Positions 31,490 to 43,414 are shown, numbered from the stretch's first letter. The stretch: 64,000 nucleotides of DNA from Clostridia bacterium (GCA_017467445.1 JAFTSG010000014.1:19198-83197), one strand, 5' to 3'. The notes: a model not told the origin generated them from the sequence alone. Numbers and translations are program-made.

Positions 31490-32212
31490 TTAAAACCCTC
31501 GGGATGAGCCTCCTCCACCGGATGAACCGCCACCAAAGCCACCGAAAGAGCCGCCTGACGAACCACCACCGAAACCGCCGCCGCGACCAAAGCCACCGGG
31601 GAAACCGTAAAATCTGAATCCACCAATACGACCGCCACGGCCGCCAATTACGATAAGATACAGTATTATAACCACTATCAAAGTGATAATATCACCGATT
31701 CCGCCCTCATCCTCTTCTTCCATTTCTTCAAGAAAAACAGGGTCTTCAATTCCGGCAATTACTGCATCGTAAAGGGCTTTTATGCCCGCATCAAAATCAT
31801 TTTCTTTAAGATGCGGGATTGCGTAAATATCCATAAGCCTGCCGCATTTGGCATCGTTGAACGTACCTTCAAGCCCGCGTCCGACTTCGATGCGGATTTC
31901 GCGATCGCCGGTTGATAGCAAAATCAAAAGTCCGTTGTCCTTGTCTTTATCGCCTATTCCCCACGAACGGAAAAGCCTGTTTGCATAGGTTTCAATATCC
32001 ATTCCGTCAAGGCTTGTTACAGTAACAACTACAACCTGCGTACCGTCGCCGCTGTATTTTCTGCTTGTTTCGTTTATATGCTCTTCTACCGTCGGAGAAA
32101 GCACATTGGCATAGTCATTGGCATAGTTCGTTCCGGGAGATGGAATTTCTGCCGAAACACATACCGAAAGAATACATACAAACAATAAAGACTGCAAAAA
32201 CCGCTTAATCAT
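31490..32212 (-). CDS. TPM-domain (YgcG-like) protein with a TM segment and a Gly-rich tail
   Basis: Signal/anchor, YANDYANVLS...VVVVTV...WGIGDKDKDNGLLILLS...EIRIEVGRGLEG (TPM phosphatase-like), and a C-terminal GGFGGGSSGG repeat. Confidence 0.85.
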   Translation of the reverse strand: MIKRFLQSLLFVCILSVCVSAEIPSPGTNYANDYANVLSPTVEEHINETSRKYSGDGTQVVVVTVTSLDGMDIETYANRLFRSWGIGDKDKDNGLLILLSTGDREIRIEVGRGLEGTFNDAKCGRLMDIYAIPHLKENDFDAGIKALYDAVIAGIEDPVFLEEMEEEDEGGIGDIITLIVVIILYLIVIGGRGGRIGGFRFYGFPGGFGRGGGFGGGSSGGSFGGFGGGSSGGGGSSRGF

Positions 32213-32775
32213 TGAAAGCTCACCTGCGGAGCAGTTTCAGCACCGCTTGTCGCTTCAAAAAGAGACATCTGTTCAAATCCGAACATTCCCGCAAAAATAA
32301 CATTGGGGAAAGTTCTTATTTTTTTGTTATATTCGGTTGCTGCCGCATTATAATCCTGACGTGCAATGTTAATTCTGTTTTCTGTTCCTGCAAGTTCATC
32401 CTGGAGTGCGATGTAGCTTTGTGTTGATGTTATTGTCGGGTAATTTTCAACAACCACCATAAGTCTTGAAAGTGCAGATGAAAATTCGCCTGCCGCCTGT
32501 GCTTTTTCACTTACCGAGCCTGCACCTACATATTTTGCTCTTGCTTCTGTTACAGAATTTATAATGTTCTGTTCGTGTGCGGCTGCCCCTTTAACTGTTT
32601 CCACAAGATTTGGAACAAGGTCAAACCTGCGCTGGAGCTGTGTTTCTACATTTGAAAATGCAGCCTCTGCATTAGCCTGTGCATTTACAAGACCGTTATA
32701 GGTACCTGCAAGAAGTGCAATAAGAATTACAACAACGAGAGCAACAGCTATAATTATTTTTACTGATTTTTTCAT
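32209..32775 (-). CDS. lemA: LemA family protein
   Basis: N-terminal TM, then YNGLV...QLQRRFDLVPNLVETVKG...ELAGTENRINIARQDYN. Confidence 0.9.
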   Translation of the reverse strand: MKKSVKIIIAVALVVVILIALLAGTYNGLVNAQANAEAAFSNVETQLQRRFDLVPNLVETVKGAAAHEQNIINSVTEARAKYVGAGSVSEKAQAAGEFSSALSRLMVVVENYPTITSTQSYIALQDELAGTENRINIARQDYNAAATEYNKKIRTFPNVIFAGMFGFEQMSLFEATSGAETAPQVSFQ

Positions 32776-32786
32776 ATCTTTCCCTC

Positions 32787-34154
32787 CTAATTCGGATTTG
32801 CCGCAAAGTCGTTTACTGTTTCGAGCATTGCGTTTATATTTTCTTTAAGCACCATAGACTGAATTACTCCGTTACGTTCAAGCGCATAGTTACGTTCGTT
32901 ATGTGTAATGTAACGTGCAGTAACGATGTTTCCGTCATAATATTTAAACTCTATTTTTGCTATTTCTGTTCCGCCGTTTATATTTTCTGCAAATCCGCTT
33001 ACTTCAATACCTATAATTGACTGGTATGTGGTTTTGAATTTTTCAAAATTTGCCGCTTTGCCGTCTACAGTTACTTTTTTGTTCTGGTCATTACCCGTTA
33101 AAATAAATGTATGGGTGCTGCCGCCGCCGGAAACTGTAATTTCGGAAACCTCAAACATATCAATTATATGAGCATATCTTTCCATAAGTCGAAGCACCTG
33201 CAAAGTTTCAAGAGCGTTGTAAACCTCTGTACTTTGTTCAAAAACAAAGTTTTTGCCATTTACCATTGCATATACACCGCCGGTTTCGGTTTTGTTTCCG
33301 TATGAAACGGTATAACTGCCGCCGTCGGTTTCAATTTCAAGCACATATTTTGGACTTGAAAGACCGTATTTTGCAAGGTTCTTCGGGTTATCTTCAACAT
33401 ACTGCATTACCGTAATCATATTCATATTTACTGCAAGTTCATCAAGTGCCCCACTCTGTACGGATGCATACTTAGGATATGTCATAACATATGATGTGAA
33501 CATTGAAAATTTATTTTTTTCATCCTCGTTAAGTCTTCTGATACTTACAAGAGGTGTTCCGCTTTTTGTTATATTAAGTTTTGTTATGCTTGTAATATCT
33601 GCTGATGCAACCACATTAGGTCTGTAGTCGTTTACTGTGCGCATATACATTGCTATGCGTCCGCTTGGCATAAGATACACCTTGCCTGATTCTTTATGAA
33701 GAATAAAATACCCTTCGCCCCCGACCATTTTGTTACCTATACAAATTGTGTTTTCTGCTTTGCTGCCATAAACCGTTACAACCGCAGTAGGATTATCAAC
33801 GCCGTATTCCGAAAGTTCGGAAGCGTCTATTTCCCTTTCAGCAAGCGGATTTGCAAAAGAAACTATGGCATTTGCCAGTGTATCCGCTGAAAACTCTATG
33901 TTTTCATAACCTTTAATACTGCATCCGCTGTTTGAGTTTAAAATAGTATATTCTGCCTGTGGATTTTTAACATAAATTTTTTCAACGTCCGATACATTCA
34001 TATTATATACAGATATGGAAGAAGTCTTTTCAACCGTTTGCGTATCCGGAGTGTTTTCGGGAATATTTATAACCCATATATATGCACCTGCAAGAAGTGC
34101 AATTACCGCTACACTTATTATAATGTTGCGCGTTAACTTGTCCTTAAACCACAT
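32787..34154 (-). CDS. DUF4340-domain protein (accessory to the GldG-type ABC system)
   Basis: N-terminal anchor and a beta-rich ectodomain. It sits in the canonical position after a GldG-like gene, with a 1-nt overlap. Confidence 0.65.
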   Translation of the reverse strand: MWFKDKLTRNIIISVAVIALLAGAYIWVINIPENTPDTQTVEKTSSISVYNMNVSDVEKIYVKNPQAEYTILNSNSGCSIKGYENIEFSADTLANAIVSFANPLAEREIDASELSEYGVDNPTAVVTVYGSKAENTICIGNKMVGGEGYFILHKESGKVYLMPSGRIAMYMRTVNDYRPNVVASADITSITKLNITKSGTPLVSIRRLNEDEKNKFSMFTSYVMTYPKYASVQSGALDELAVNMNMITVMQYVEDNPKNLAKYGLSSPKYVLEIETDGGSYTVSYGNKTETGGVYAMVNGKNFVFEQSTEVYNALETLQVLRLMERYAHIIDMFEVSEITVSGGGSTHTFILTGNDQNKKVTVDGKAANFEKFKTTYQSIIGIEVSGFAENINGGTEIAKIEFKYYDGNIVTARYITHNERNYALERNGVIQSMVLKENINAMLETVNDFAANPN

Positions 34155-35545
34155 TATAAGTATCTCCTCTTAAGCCATATTACTATTCCTATAGCAAGAA
34201 TTATTGCCGGGAAAGCAAATACAAGAGAATAGTAAAGAACGTTTATTCCTGTTTTTGTAAGGTTTGTTATTTTACCTTCGGTTACTACTTTAGGTGCAAT
34301 TTTAAGACTGCCGCCGTTATCAGTAAGATATGATACCGAAGAAGAAATAAGCTGTGCGTTACCCGGATACTGTGCTGAAATTTCAACTGCAGATGCTGAA
34401 CCTATTACCATTACCTTGCTGTTTTCTTTTTCGGAAATTACCATCATACCGACAGGACCCATATCGTCCCCTTCCTCATATTCGGCTGTTGTGGCATTAA
34501 GGTTTGCTTTGCCGACAGATTTTTCGCTTGAATTTATAAGAACTGTGGGCACTGCGTTCTGCGCATTTGATTTTTGGACATCATATCCAACGCTTTCACT
34601 GAACAAAACAGGTGTCTTCTGTGAAATAACACTTGCTGTAATTTCGTGCTGCCCTGCATCTGCCATAATTGCAAACGGAATTCCGTTATACATTTTGTTG
34701 GCATCGTGCTCAACAACAATATCCGATGTTTTGATTATTCCCCATTCTGCAAGATAAGCGTCAAGTCTTGGAAGCTCGGGCACGCCTGCAGTGGAAATTA
34801 ACATAAAGTTGCCGCCACCTTGCAAAAATGCATTTATCTTTTCACATTCCTCTATAGTATAGTCAGCCGCAGGAACGCAGGAAATAAGTGTCATTGCGTC
34901 GGCAGGAATGTCGCTGTTTAATATGTTGATTGTCTGTGTTTTATATCCCTGTTCACCTAGAAGGGTGTTAAGATATGAAAGAATAGCTTCACTGTGTCCT
35001 TCAAGAATATATATGGCAGATTCTTCTACTGTCCCCGTTAATGTTACAACCGCATTTGTGAGCTTCATTTCAAGGTCAAAATTATATTTATTTTCACCAG
35101 GAACAGTCGAAACAGACTGTGTATAAAGCGATGATGCGGATACTATTTTGTATCTGTCGGCATATTCAAGAACTACGTCGCCCATACGGAGATTTTCACC
35201 TTTGGCAATGTACGTATATAAAACAGACTGATTTTTTTCAACATCAATATAAGTTACCTTGAAGTTATTGTTCATTGCGCTGTATCTATCAAGATATTCT
35301 GCAACCTCAAGGTTAATCTCGTCTTTTTTGCCAACAACTTTTACATTAATAACTTTATCAAGCTGTTTCATAACCGTTTGTGTCTGCTCGGTTATTTCAA
35401 ATTTCTGCGAGCGTGTAAGGTCAAGCTTTAAGTTTATTTTTGACGCAAGCGCCGTTACGATAAGGTTAACAAAAATTACTGCTATAATAACCACCGCTGT
35501 AACTACGAGGGAATTAAATTTGAATTTTGTGTTTTTGCTGTTCAT
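34154..35545 (-). CDS. GldG-like ABC-transport auxiliary component
   Basis: N- and C-terminal TM anchors flank a large ectodomain with the ABC_transp_aux layout (LDLTRSQKFEITEQT...). Confidence 0.7.
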   Translation of the reverse strand: MNSKNTKFKFNSLVVTAVVIIAVIFVNLIVTALASKINLKLDLTRSQKFEITEQTQTVMKQLDKVINVKVVGKKDEINLEVAEYLDRYSAMNNNFKVTYIDVEKNQSVLYTYIAKGENLRMGDVVLEYADRYKIVSASSLYTQSVSTVPGENKYNFDLEMKLTNAVVTLTGTVEESAIYILEGHSEAILSYLNTLLGEQGYKTQTINILNSDIPADAMTLISCVPAADYTIEECEKINAFLQGGGNFMLISTAGVPELPRLDAYLAEWGIIKTSDIVVEHDANKMYNGIPFAIMADAGQHEITASVISQKTPVLFSESVGYDVQKSNAQNAVPTVLINSSEKSVGKANLNATTAEYEEGDDMGPVGMMVISEKENSKVMVIGSASAVEISAQYPGNAQLISSSVSYLTDNGGSLKIAPKVVTEGKITNLTKTGINVLYYSLVFAFPAIILAIGIVIWLKRRYL

Positions 35546-35557
35546 ATTTATCCCTCC

Positions 35558-36262
35558 TTAATTAAAACGGCGTTTTTCGATGTTTCGGGCTGTTAAAAAC
35601 AGCGTAGCAAAAACAACGCTTACGTAATATACTATATTCGGCAGGTTAAGAAGACCTATCTGGAAATCTTCAAAACGTTTTAAAACCGAAAACCAGTCAA
35701 GAATGTTTTTAATCCATACAATGCTTACACCTGATGTAAGGCTGTCCCAGCTGTAGAGTACAAACAATACAATAAATGTAAGTATTGCGGAAACAACCTG
35801 ACTTTCTGTACAGGAGGAAATAAATACTCCTATTGCAATAAATACCGACCACACAAGAATAAATCCAATGTATGAGCCTATTACTTCGCTTAAAATCGGT
35901 TTGCTTATTGCAAAGAAAATAAACGGAAAAACAAACGTAACTGCAAGTGATATAAGAAATACTGCAAGTGCCGCAAAATATTTACCAAGCACTATTTCAG
36001 ATACGTTTACTGGTACGGTAAGAAGAAGCTGGTCTGTTTTTTTGTTTTTCTCTTCCGCAAAAAGCTGCATTGTTATTACAGGCACGATAAACAGACATAT
36101 CATATTCAGAGGCGTTAAAATATACGCCACAGATGCTACCTGATAATACACCATTCCTTGCACAAAATAAAGTGCCGAAAGTGCAAAAAATGCACTCATA
36201 AATATGTATCCTATAGGTGTAAGGAAATAGTTGCGAAGTTCTTTTTTGAAAATTGCTTTCAT
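35558..36262 (-). CDS. ABC-2 type permease (GldF-like)
   Basis: Six TM segments and FKKELRNYFLTPIGYIF at the N-terminus. Confidence 0.8.
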   Translation of the reverse strand: MKAIFKKELRNYFLTPIGYIFMSAFFALSALYFVQGMVYYQVASVAYILTPLNMICLFIVPVITMQLFAEEKNKKTDQLLLTVPVNVSEIVLGKYFAALAVFLISLAVTFVFPFIFFAISKPILSEVIGSYIGFILVWSVFIAIGVFISSCTESQVVSAILTFIVLFVLYSWDSLTSGVSIVWIKNILDWFSVLKRFEDFQIGLLNLPNIVYYVSVVFATLFLTARNIEKRRFN

Positions 36263-37206
36263 TATTCACTCGCCTCCGTTTCTGCCGAACCTGTAGCTTT
36301 TATGAATACCTCTTCAAGTGTATGCTCAACAGGTCTGAACATTAGTACATCAACACCATTTGAAACAAGTGTATTTATTATCTGCGCCCTTTTATCCGCA
36401 ACTGTGTCGGTTGTGATTTTTACATCAACCGTGCCGGATTCGGCATGTCCCATATTTTCAATTCTGCCCATTCCTGCAAAAATGTCTTTAATTTTGCTGA
36501 AACTGCTGCGTGCTCGGATAAGATATTCACCCGTACCTGCGCCGGACAGATTTTCAAGAGTGTCCATTGCCGCAATTTGTCCGTTATTGATAATAATAAC
36601 TCTGTCGCATATTGCAGCTACTTCCTGTAAGATATGAGTACTTAAAATGATGGTTCTTTTTTCGCCGAGTTTTTTGATTACACTGCGAATTTCAATAATC
36701 TGCCCTGGGTCAAGACCAACTGTAGGTTCGTCAAGTATAAGCACTTCAGGACTTCCTATAAGTGCCTGTGCAAGGCCTACTCTCTGTTTATATCCTTTAG
36801 AAAGGTTTTTTATAAGTCGTCCGGAAACTTTTTCTATATCAACTATTTCCATAACTTCTGTTATGTGTGCCTGCTTATCTTCTTTTACCCCTTTTAAGTC
36901 ATACACAAAGCTAAGGTATTCATATACCGTCATATCAAAATAAAGCGGAGGCTGTTCCGGGAGATACCCAATACGTTTTTTAACTTCGTTCGGGTTTTCA
37001 AGTATGCTGTAGCCGCATACTTTCACTTCTCCGCTTGTGGAAGAAAGGTAACCTGTTAAAATATTCATTGTTGTGGATTTTCCTGCACCGTTAGGTCCAA
37101 GGAAACCAACAACCTCGCCTCGCTTGATTTCAAATGATATACCTTTTACCGCTTCATTTTCCCCATATTTTTTCACAAGGTCTTTTATTTCAATAACAGT
37201 TTCCAA
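36262..37206 (-). CDS. ABC transporter ATP-binding protein (GldA-like)
   Basis: Walker A GPNGAGKST, signature LSKGYKQR, and Walker B ILDEPT. Confidence 0.92.
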   Translation of the reverse strand: METVIEIKDLVKKYGENEAVKGISFEIKRGEVVGFLGPNGAGKSTTMNILTGYLSSTSGEVKVCGYSILENPNEVKKRIGYLPEQPPLYFDMTVYEYLSFVYDLKGVKEDKQAHITEVMEIVDIEKVSGRLIKNLSKGYKQRVGLAQALIGSPEVLILDEPTVGLDPGQIIEIRSVIKKLGEKRTIILSTHILQEVAAICDRVIIINNGQIAAMDTLENLSGAGTGEYLIRARSSFSKIKDIFAGMGRIENMGHAESGTVDVKITTDTVADKRAQIINTLVSNGVDVLMFRPVEHTLEEVFIKATGSAETEASE

Positions 37207-37208
37207 TG

Positions 37209-38999
37209 TTATTCACCTTCTTTTACGATATTTCTTATGCAAAGCTCGTCCAGCTGTTTAGCATCAACAACATCGGGCGCGCCTGACATAAGCTCGGATG
37301 CGTTCTGCACTTTCGGGAATGCAATAACATCACGGATTGAATCTTTACCGAGAAGAAGCATTACAAGTCTGTCAAGACCATACGCCATTCCGCCGTGCGG
37401 AGGTGCGCCGTATTTGAACGCTTCCATAAGGAATCCGAATCTGTCCCATGCGGCTTCGGTTGTAAATCCGAGTGCGTTAAACATTCTCTGCTGAAGGTCG
37501 CGGTCAAAAATTCTTATGCTGCCGCCGCCAAGCTCAACACCGTTAAGAACGATATCGTAAGCTTTTGCTCTTGCCTGTTCCGGATGTGATTCAAGAAGGT
37601 CAATATCCTCATCCATCGGCGATGTGAACGGATGATGTTTTGCAACATATCTGTCTTCTTCCTCGCTGTATTCGAAAAGCGGGAATTCAGTAACCCAAAG
37701 GAGATTATACTGATTTTTGTCGAGCATATCAAATTTCTTCGCAATATGCAGACGAAGTGCGCCAAGTGCATCAAACACGATTTCATTTTTATCGGAAACA
37801 ATGAATATTCCATCGCCGTTTTCAGCGTTTGTAAGCGCAAATATATCTTCAAGTTCTTTTTCACTTAAGAATTTAGCAACAGATGATTTTATGCCGTCAG
37901 CGGTTTTGATAATCCACGCAAGACCTTTTGCTCTGTAGGTTTTTACAAATTCGCCAAGTGCATCAAGCTCTTTACGTGAGAATTTTTCGCCAAGACCTTT
38001 TGCATTTATTGCACGCACGCTGCCGCCATTTTCAAGACTTGATGAAAATACTTTGAACTCAGAACCTTTAAGGGCGTCTGACAAATCAACAAGCTCCATA
38101 CCAAAACGTGTATCAGGTTTATCGCTGCCGAAACGTTCCATAGCCTCTTTATACGGCATTCTCTGGAAAGGTGTCTTAACATCAACGTCAAGCACTTCTT
38201 TGAATACTTTTTTGATAAAGCCTTCATTCATTGCAATAACGTCGTCCACTTCAACGAAAGACATTTCAAGGTCAATCTGTGTGAATTCCGGCTGTCTGTC
38301 TGCACGAAGGTCTTCGTCACGGAAGCATTTTACAATCTGCATGTATCTGTCGTATCCGGCAATCATAAGCAGCTGTTTGTAAAGCTGCGGCGACTGCGGA
38401 AGTGCATAGTAGCTGCCCGGATGAACACGGCTGGGTACAAGGTAATCTCTTGCGCCTTCCGGTGTACTTTTTGTAAGAACAGGAGTTTCTATTTCTGTAA
38501 ATCCGTTCTGGTCATAGTAATCCCTTGCAATTTTTGTAATTCTGTGGCGTGTTACCATACATTTCTGAAGTTCAGGACGTCTTAAATCAAGATATCTGTA
38601 TTTAAGTCTTATTTCATCCTTAACGTTGGTATCGTCTTCAATCTGCACAGGAAGTGCTTCGGATTTATTGAGAATGCGAAGCTCTGTTACTTCAATTTCG
38701 ATTTTACCTGTTTTAAGCTTATCGTTAACTGCGCCTGTTCTTGCACGAACTGTTCCCACAGCCGCAATTACATATTCAAGGTGAACGGTTTTTGCTTTTT
38801 CGAGAATTTCTGCCGGAGTTTCAGCAACAAGCTGAACTTTGCCGCTTATATCTCTTAAATCTATAAAAACAAGGCTTCCAATATCTCTTACTTTTCCTGC
38901 CCATCCCATTACAGTAACCTGCTGTCCGATTTCTGCCTCTGAAATCTGCGCACATCTGTGAGTTCTTTTAAGTCCTGCAAGTGTATCCATGTCTATCAT
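37209..38999 (-). CDS. aspS: Aspartate--tRNA ligase
   Basis: OB-fold N-domain, class II motifs ([24 protein letters not shown]) and a GAD insertion. 596 aa. Confidence 0.96.
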   Translation of the reverse strand: MIDMDTLAGLKRTHRCAQISEAEIGQQVTVMGWAGKVRDIGSLVFIDLRDISGKVQLVAETPAEILEKAKTVHLEYVIAAVGTVRARTGAVNDKLKTGKIEIEVTELRILNKSEALPVQIEDDTNVKDEIRLKYRYLDLRRPELQKCMVTRHRITKIARDYYDQNGFTEIETPVLTKSTPEGARDYLVPSRVHPGSYYALPQSPQLYKQLLMIAGYDRYMQIVKCFRDEDLRADRQPEFTQIDLEMSFVEVDDVIAMNEGFIKKVFKEVLDVDVKTPFQRMPYKEAMERFGSDKPDTRFGMELVDLSDALKGSEFKVFSSSLENGGSVRAINAKGLGEKFSRKELDALGEFVKTYRAKGLAWIIKTADGIKSSVAKFLSEKELEDIFALTNAENGDGIFIVSDKNEIVFDALGALRLHIAKKFDMLDKNQYNLLWVTEFPLFEYSEEEDRYVAKHHPFTSPMDEDIDLLESHPEQARAKAYDIVLNGVELGGGSIRIFDRDLQQRMFNALGFTTEAAWDRFGFLMEAFKYGAPPHGGMAYGLDRLVMLLLGKDSIRDVIAFPKVQNASELMSGAPDVVDAKQLDELCIRNIVKEGE

Positions 39000-40255
39000 C
39001 CTTTTCTTAAGTATTTGTCTATTTCGTTAAGTATTATTTCCTGGCTTTCGCCACTTTCCATATGTTTAAGAGCACATTTGCCGGCTTCAATTTCATTGTC
39101 ACCGATTACGATTGTATATTCAGCACCGATTTTGTCGGCATATTTCATCTGTGCTTTAAGTCCTCTGCCCATGCAGTCGCGAACTGCGCTGATACCTTTT
39201 TTTCTTAAATCAGCAACAATCTTTACGCCATAATCTACTGCTTTGTCCCCAAGCTCGCAAACAAAGATTTTCGGTTTCGGTTTTCCTGGAATTTCAATTC
39301 CCTGCGCCTGCATTGTAAGAAGCAGTCTTTCAAGCCCGAGCCCGAAGCCGATACCCGGTGTGGGGTGTCCGCCAAGCTGCTCAACAAGTCCGTCATATCT
39401 TCCTCCGCCACACACGGTGCTTTGTGCACCAAGGCTATCGGATTTTATTTCAAACACCGTTTTTGTATAGTAATCAAGTCCTCGTACGATGCCGGTATCT
39501 ATGTTATATTCAATACCAAGCAAATCAAGCGTGTGTTTTACGCCCGCAAAATGCTCCTGACACTCATCGCATATATAATCAAGAAGTACAGGTGCATCTT
39601 TCACAAGTTCGCCGCAACTTGGGTCTTTACAGTCAAGTATACGCATCGGGTTTTTGTCAAACCTTGTTTTACATGTCGGGCAAAGATTGTCATATTTCTG
39701 CGCTAAAAATTCTTTAAGCGCTTTATTATATTTTGCTCTGCACTCGGGGCAACCGATACTGTTTATGTTAAGGGTTAATCCTTTAAGTCCGAGCCTTGCA
39801 AAGAATTCCATTGCAAGCGATATGATTTCTGCATCTATACGGAAATCGCTGCTGCCGAATGCTTCAATACCAAACTGACGAAACTCTCTGTATCTGCCTG
39901 CCTGAGGTTTTTCATTTCTGTAGCAGGTTATAAGATAAAACAGTTTTATGGGCAGCGCCCCTGCAAGAAGTGAATGCTCAAGCACACTCCTTACTGTTCC
40001 CGCCGTACCTTCGGGGCGAAGTGTAATGCTTCTGCCGCCTTTATCCGTAAAGGTGTACATTTCCTTTTGCACAACGTCAGTTGTATCACCTACGCCTCTT
40101 GCAAAAAGGTCGGTATATTCAAATACGGGAATTTTTATTTCATCAAATCCGAAATCCCTGCAGACTTCTTTTGCAGTTTTTTCAATATAGTCCCATTTAT
40201 ATGCATCTTCCGGCAATATGTCATATGTGCCTTTAAGAGCTTTTATCTTTTCCAT
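38996..40255 (-). CDS. hisS: Histidine--tRNA ligase
   Basis: [30 protein letters not shown] and GGGRYDGL motifs. Confidence 0.96.
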   Translation of the reverse strand: MEKIKALKGTYDILPEDAYKWDYIEKTAKEVCRDFGFDEIKIPVFEYTDLFARGVGDTTDVVQKEMYTFTDKGGRSITLRPEGTAGTVRSVLEHSLLAGALPIKLFYLITCYRNEKPQAGRYREFRQFGIEAFGSSDFRIDAEIISLAMEFFARLGLKGLTLNINSIGCPECRAKYNKALKEFLAQKYDNLCPTCKTRFDKNPMRILDCKDPSCGELVKDAPVLLDYICDECQEHFAGVKHTLDLLGIEYNIDTGIVRGLDYYTKTVFEIKSDSLGAQSTVCGGGRYDGLVEQLGGHPTPGIGFGLGLERLLLTMQAQGIEIPGKPKPKIFVCELGDKAVDYGVKIVADLRKKGISAVRDCMGRGLKAQMKYADKIGAEYTIVIGDNEIEAGKCALKHMESGESQEIILNEIDKYLRKG

Positions 40256-40269
40256 TGTTATATCATCCT

Positions 40270-42006
40270 TTATTCAATTGTGTCAATTAAATTCTGTATA
40301 GACATAAGCATTGCATCAAGGTCTTCTTCCGCCTTGTCAATACTGTCAGCCTTGGTTCCGAAATAAAACTTTATTTTCGGTTCAGTACCCGACGGACGTG
40401 CCGCAAACCATGCATCACCATCAAGTTCAAATCGGAGCACGTTTGATTTTGGCAAATCTATTGGGGTAATTTCTCCCGTATTAAGGTCTGTTCTTGTGCT
40501 GCAGGAAATATCCGTAAGGAAATTAACCTTATGCTTTGCAACCATTTTCGGCGGATTATTTCTTATTCCCGTCATTATACGTTTTATTTTTTCAACACCT
40601 TCAATGCCTTCAAGTGTTATCGATAAAAGACGTTCTCTGTATGTGCCATATTTTTCATAAAGTTCCATAAGAGCATCATAAAGGGACATCCTTTTAAGGC
40701 TGTAGAATGCCGCCATTTCAGCAATAAGCATTGCTGCAACAACCGCATCCTTATCCCTTGCGTGTGTTCCTACAAGATAGCCGTAGCTCTCTTCAAATCC
40801 AAGCAGATATTCATGAGAGCCTGCCAATTCAAATTCTTTTATTTTTTCGCCGATAAACTTAAAACCTGTAAGCACATTCATAACCTCTACACCATATGCT
40901 CTGCATATTGCATCGGGCATATAGCTTGTTACAACCGTTTTTATTACAGTTCCGTTATCGGGCAGGTTATTTACAGCTTTTCTTGATGAAAGTACATATT
41001 CCGTAAGGAGTGCCCCCACCATATTACCTGTAAGAGCAATATATTCACCGTCCGGTTTTCTTACTACAACACCAATTCTGTCGCAGTCGGGGTCTGTACC
41101 AAAGATAAAATCAATATCTTCTTTTTTTGCAAGCTCTATTGCAAGGTCAAACGCACTTTTTTCTTCCGGATTGGGAGATTTGACTGTAGGGAAAGTTCCG
41201 TCAGGTTCAATCTGCTCTTCTACAAGATATACATTTTTAAACCCAACCTCGTCAAGAATTCTGCGAACAGGAATATTACCACTACCGTGAAGAGGTGTAT
41301 ATATCATTTTAAATTTATCTGCCGCAATTTTAACTGCTTCGGGATTAAGCTGCTGTTTTTTAACTTCGGACAAGTATACATCATCCACTTCATCTCCAAA
41401 AACATTTATAAGCCCGGATGCTACCCCGTCGTCTATGCTACAGGTTTTTACATCTTCAAAAATATCTGTTTTTTCAATAATCGCAAGCACCTTATCCGCA
41501 TCTTCCGGTGGAAGCTGTCCGCCGTCTGAGCCGTATACTTTATATCCGTTATATTTTGGAGGATTGTGGCTTGCCGTAATCATAATTCCGGCAATACAGC
41601 CAAAGTGACGTACAACAAACGAAAGTTCCGGCACGGGACGAAGGCGGTTTGAAAGATACACTTTAATGCCGTTTGCCGCAAGAACGCATGCCGCTTCCTT
41701 TGCAAATATATCTGAGTTTATTCTTGAGTCATAAGAGATTGCAACGCCCATTTGCTTTCCTTCGGGAAAATTAGCTAAAATATAGTCTGCAAGTCCCTGG
41801 GTTGTCTTTTTAACCGTATATACATTCATTCTGTTTGTTCCGGCACCAAGAATACCGCGAAGTCCTGCAGTACCGAATTCCAAATCTTTATAAAATCTAT
41901 CTTCAATTTCTTTTTCATCATTTGAAATGGCACTAAGTTCCGCTTTGGTTTTCTCGTCAACCGCATCGGAAGAAAGCCACAGATCGTAACACTGTTTATA
42001 AGTCAT
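40270..42006 (-). CDS. pgcA: Phosphoglucomutase / phospho-sugar mutase (alpha-D-phosphohexomutase family)
   Basis: Active-site TASHNP and FGTDPDCDR metal loop. The ATG at 42006 follows GGAAGGTGA. The longer ORF extension has no SD. Confidence 0.9.
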   Translation of the reverse strand: MTYKQCYDLWLSSDAVDEKTKAELSAISNDEKEIEDRFYKDLEFGTAGLRGILGAGTNRMNVYTVKKTTQGLADYILANFPEGKQMGVAISYDSRINSDIFAKEAACVLAANGIKVYLSNRLRPVPELSFVVRHFGCIAGIMITASHNPPKYNGYKVYGSDGGQLPPEDADKVLAIIEKTDIFEDVKTCSIDDGVASGLINVFGDEVDDVYLSEVKKQQLNPEAVKIAADKFKMIYTPLHGSGNIPVRRILDEVGFKNVYLVEEQIEPDGTFPTVKSPNPEEKSAFDLAIELAKKEDIDFIFGTDPDCDRIGVVVRKPDGEYIALTGNMVGALLTEYVLSSRKAVNNLPDNGTVIKTVVTSYMPDAICRAYGVEVMNVLTGFKFIGEKIKEFELAGSHEYLLGFEESYGYLVGTHARDKDAVVAAMLIAEMAAFYSLKRMSLYDALMELYEKYGTYRERLLSITLEGIEGVEKIKRIMTGIRNNPPKMVAKHKVNFLTDISCSTRTDLNTGEITPIDLPKSNVLRFELDGDAWFAARPSGTEPKIKFYFGTKADSIDKAEEDLDAMLMSIQNLIDTIE

Positions 42007-42285
42007 TCTATCACCTTCCCTTAAAATAGTATACCAAGATATATTATATCTTAAATATATCTTAAAGTCAATATTTTTACACTTCCCAATAACAAAAATA
42101 AGAGGAAGATTTCTTCTTCTGCTTATGATATGTAAACGAACTTTCATTTATTCGCGATACAGCCCGTCAAAAACTCATCTTATCCTCTCTTTTAAAATAC
42201 AATAATTCTATATCAATTATTATCTTGATTATTTCGGCAAAATGGTATATAATTCTTTTGTAAACTTTTATAAAGGATGAAATGA

Positions 42286-43410
42286 ATGAAAATATATTTT
42301 GACAATGCAGCAACAACATTCGTATGCAAAGAGGCGGCAGATGCCGTACTTTCGGCAATGACGGATACTTACGGCAATCCGTCGTCCCTGCATCTTATGG
42401 GGATGGATGCCGAAAACATTGTAAAAAACTCAAGAGGCGAAATTTCAAAAAAGCTTGATGTTCCCGCTGAATGTATATATTTCACATCGGGCGGAACGGA
42501 AAGTAATAATACTGCTATTTTCGGTGCGTGCCTTAAAACAAATCTTAAAGGCAACCGCATAATAACCACAAAAGCGGAGCATCCCGCCGTGCTTGAACCG
42601 TTCAAGGTGCTTGCCGGAAAGGGATTTGACGTGCAGTATGTAAATCTGCTGCCAAGCGGCACAATTGACCTCTCCCACCTCGAAAGCCTTCTTACTCCGG
42701 ATACTGTTTTTGTAAGTATAATGGGAATAAATAACGAAACAGGCTGTATAATGCCTATGACAGATGCAGTAAGCCTTATCCGCAAAAAAAGTCCAAATGC
42801 ACTTATCCACAGCGATATAGTGCAGGCATTTTGCAAAGTTTCTATGGCAAATGTTGATTTGGCATCCGTAAGCAGCCATAAAGTGCACGGGCCGAAAGGT
42901 GTTGGCGCACTTTATATCAAAAAAGGCGTGCATATAAATCCGCTTATGTTTGGCGGCGGTCAGGAAAAAGCTTTTCGTTCGGGAACGGAAAACGTGCCCG
43001 GTATTGCAGGGTTTGGTGCAGCCGTAAAAAAAGCCGATATGGCAAAAGATAATGAACATACAGCTATGCTCAAATCCGCACTTATAAATGCTGTTTCGGA
43101 TATTCCTGATATCAGAATAAACGGCGAGGACACATCATCCCACGTACTGAATGTTTCGTTCAAAGGAGTACGTTCAGAGGTGTTCCTGCACACACTTGAA
43201 TCAAACGGAATTATGGTATCGTCCGGCTCGGCTTGCTCGTCAAACAAACCCAGTCCATCACACGTACTTACAGCAATGGGTGTTGACTCAAAATCTATTG
43301 ACAGTGCCATAAGATTCAGTTTTTCCGTTTATAATACAATTGATGAGATTAATTACTGCGCCGATGTTATAAAACGCGAGCTTCCTATTTTGCGCAGAAT
43401 TATGAGGTGA
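42286..43410 (+). CDS. Cysteine desulfurase, NifS/IscS-like (class V aminotransferase)
   Basis: IYFDNAATT, SSHKVHGPKGVGALY (PLP Lys), and SSGSACSS (catalytic Cys). Confidence 0.92.
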   Translation: MKIYFDNAATTFVCKEAADAVLSAMTDTYGNPSSLHLMGMDAENIVKNSRGEISKKLDVPAECIYFTSGGTESNNTAIFGACLKTNLKGNRIITTKAEHPAVLEPFKVLAGKGFDVQYVNLLPSGTIDLSHLESLLTPDTVFVSIMGINNETGCIMPMTDAVSLIRKKSPNALIHSDIVQAFCKVSMANVDLASVSSHKVHGPKGVGALYIKKGVHINPLMFGGGQEKAFRSGTENVPGIAGFGAAVKKADMAKDNEHTAMLKSALINAVSDIPDIRINGEDTSSHVLNVSFKGVRSEVFLHTLESNGIMVSSGSACSSNKPSPSHVLTAMGVDSKSIDSAIRFSFSVYNTIDEINYCADVIKRELPILRRIMR

Positions 43411-43414
43411 GAAT

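Noticed and set aside
42036-42052. A near-palindrome AAGATATATTATATCTT plus repeated ATATCTTA in the pgm/nifS divergent promoter region, as a possible operator.
   Set aside because: In such AT-rich promoter DNA I cannot tell this apart from chance symmetry. I recognise no matching regulator motif.
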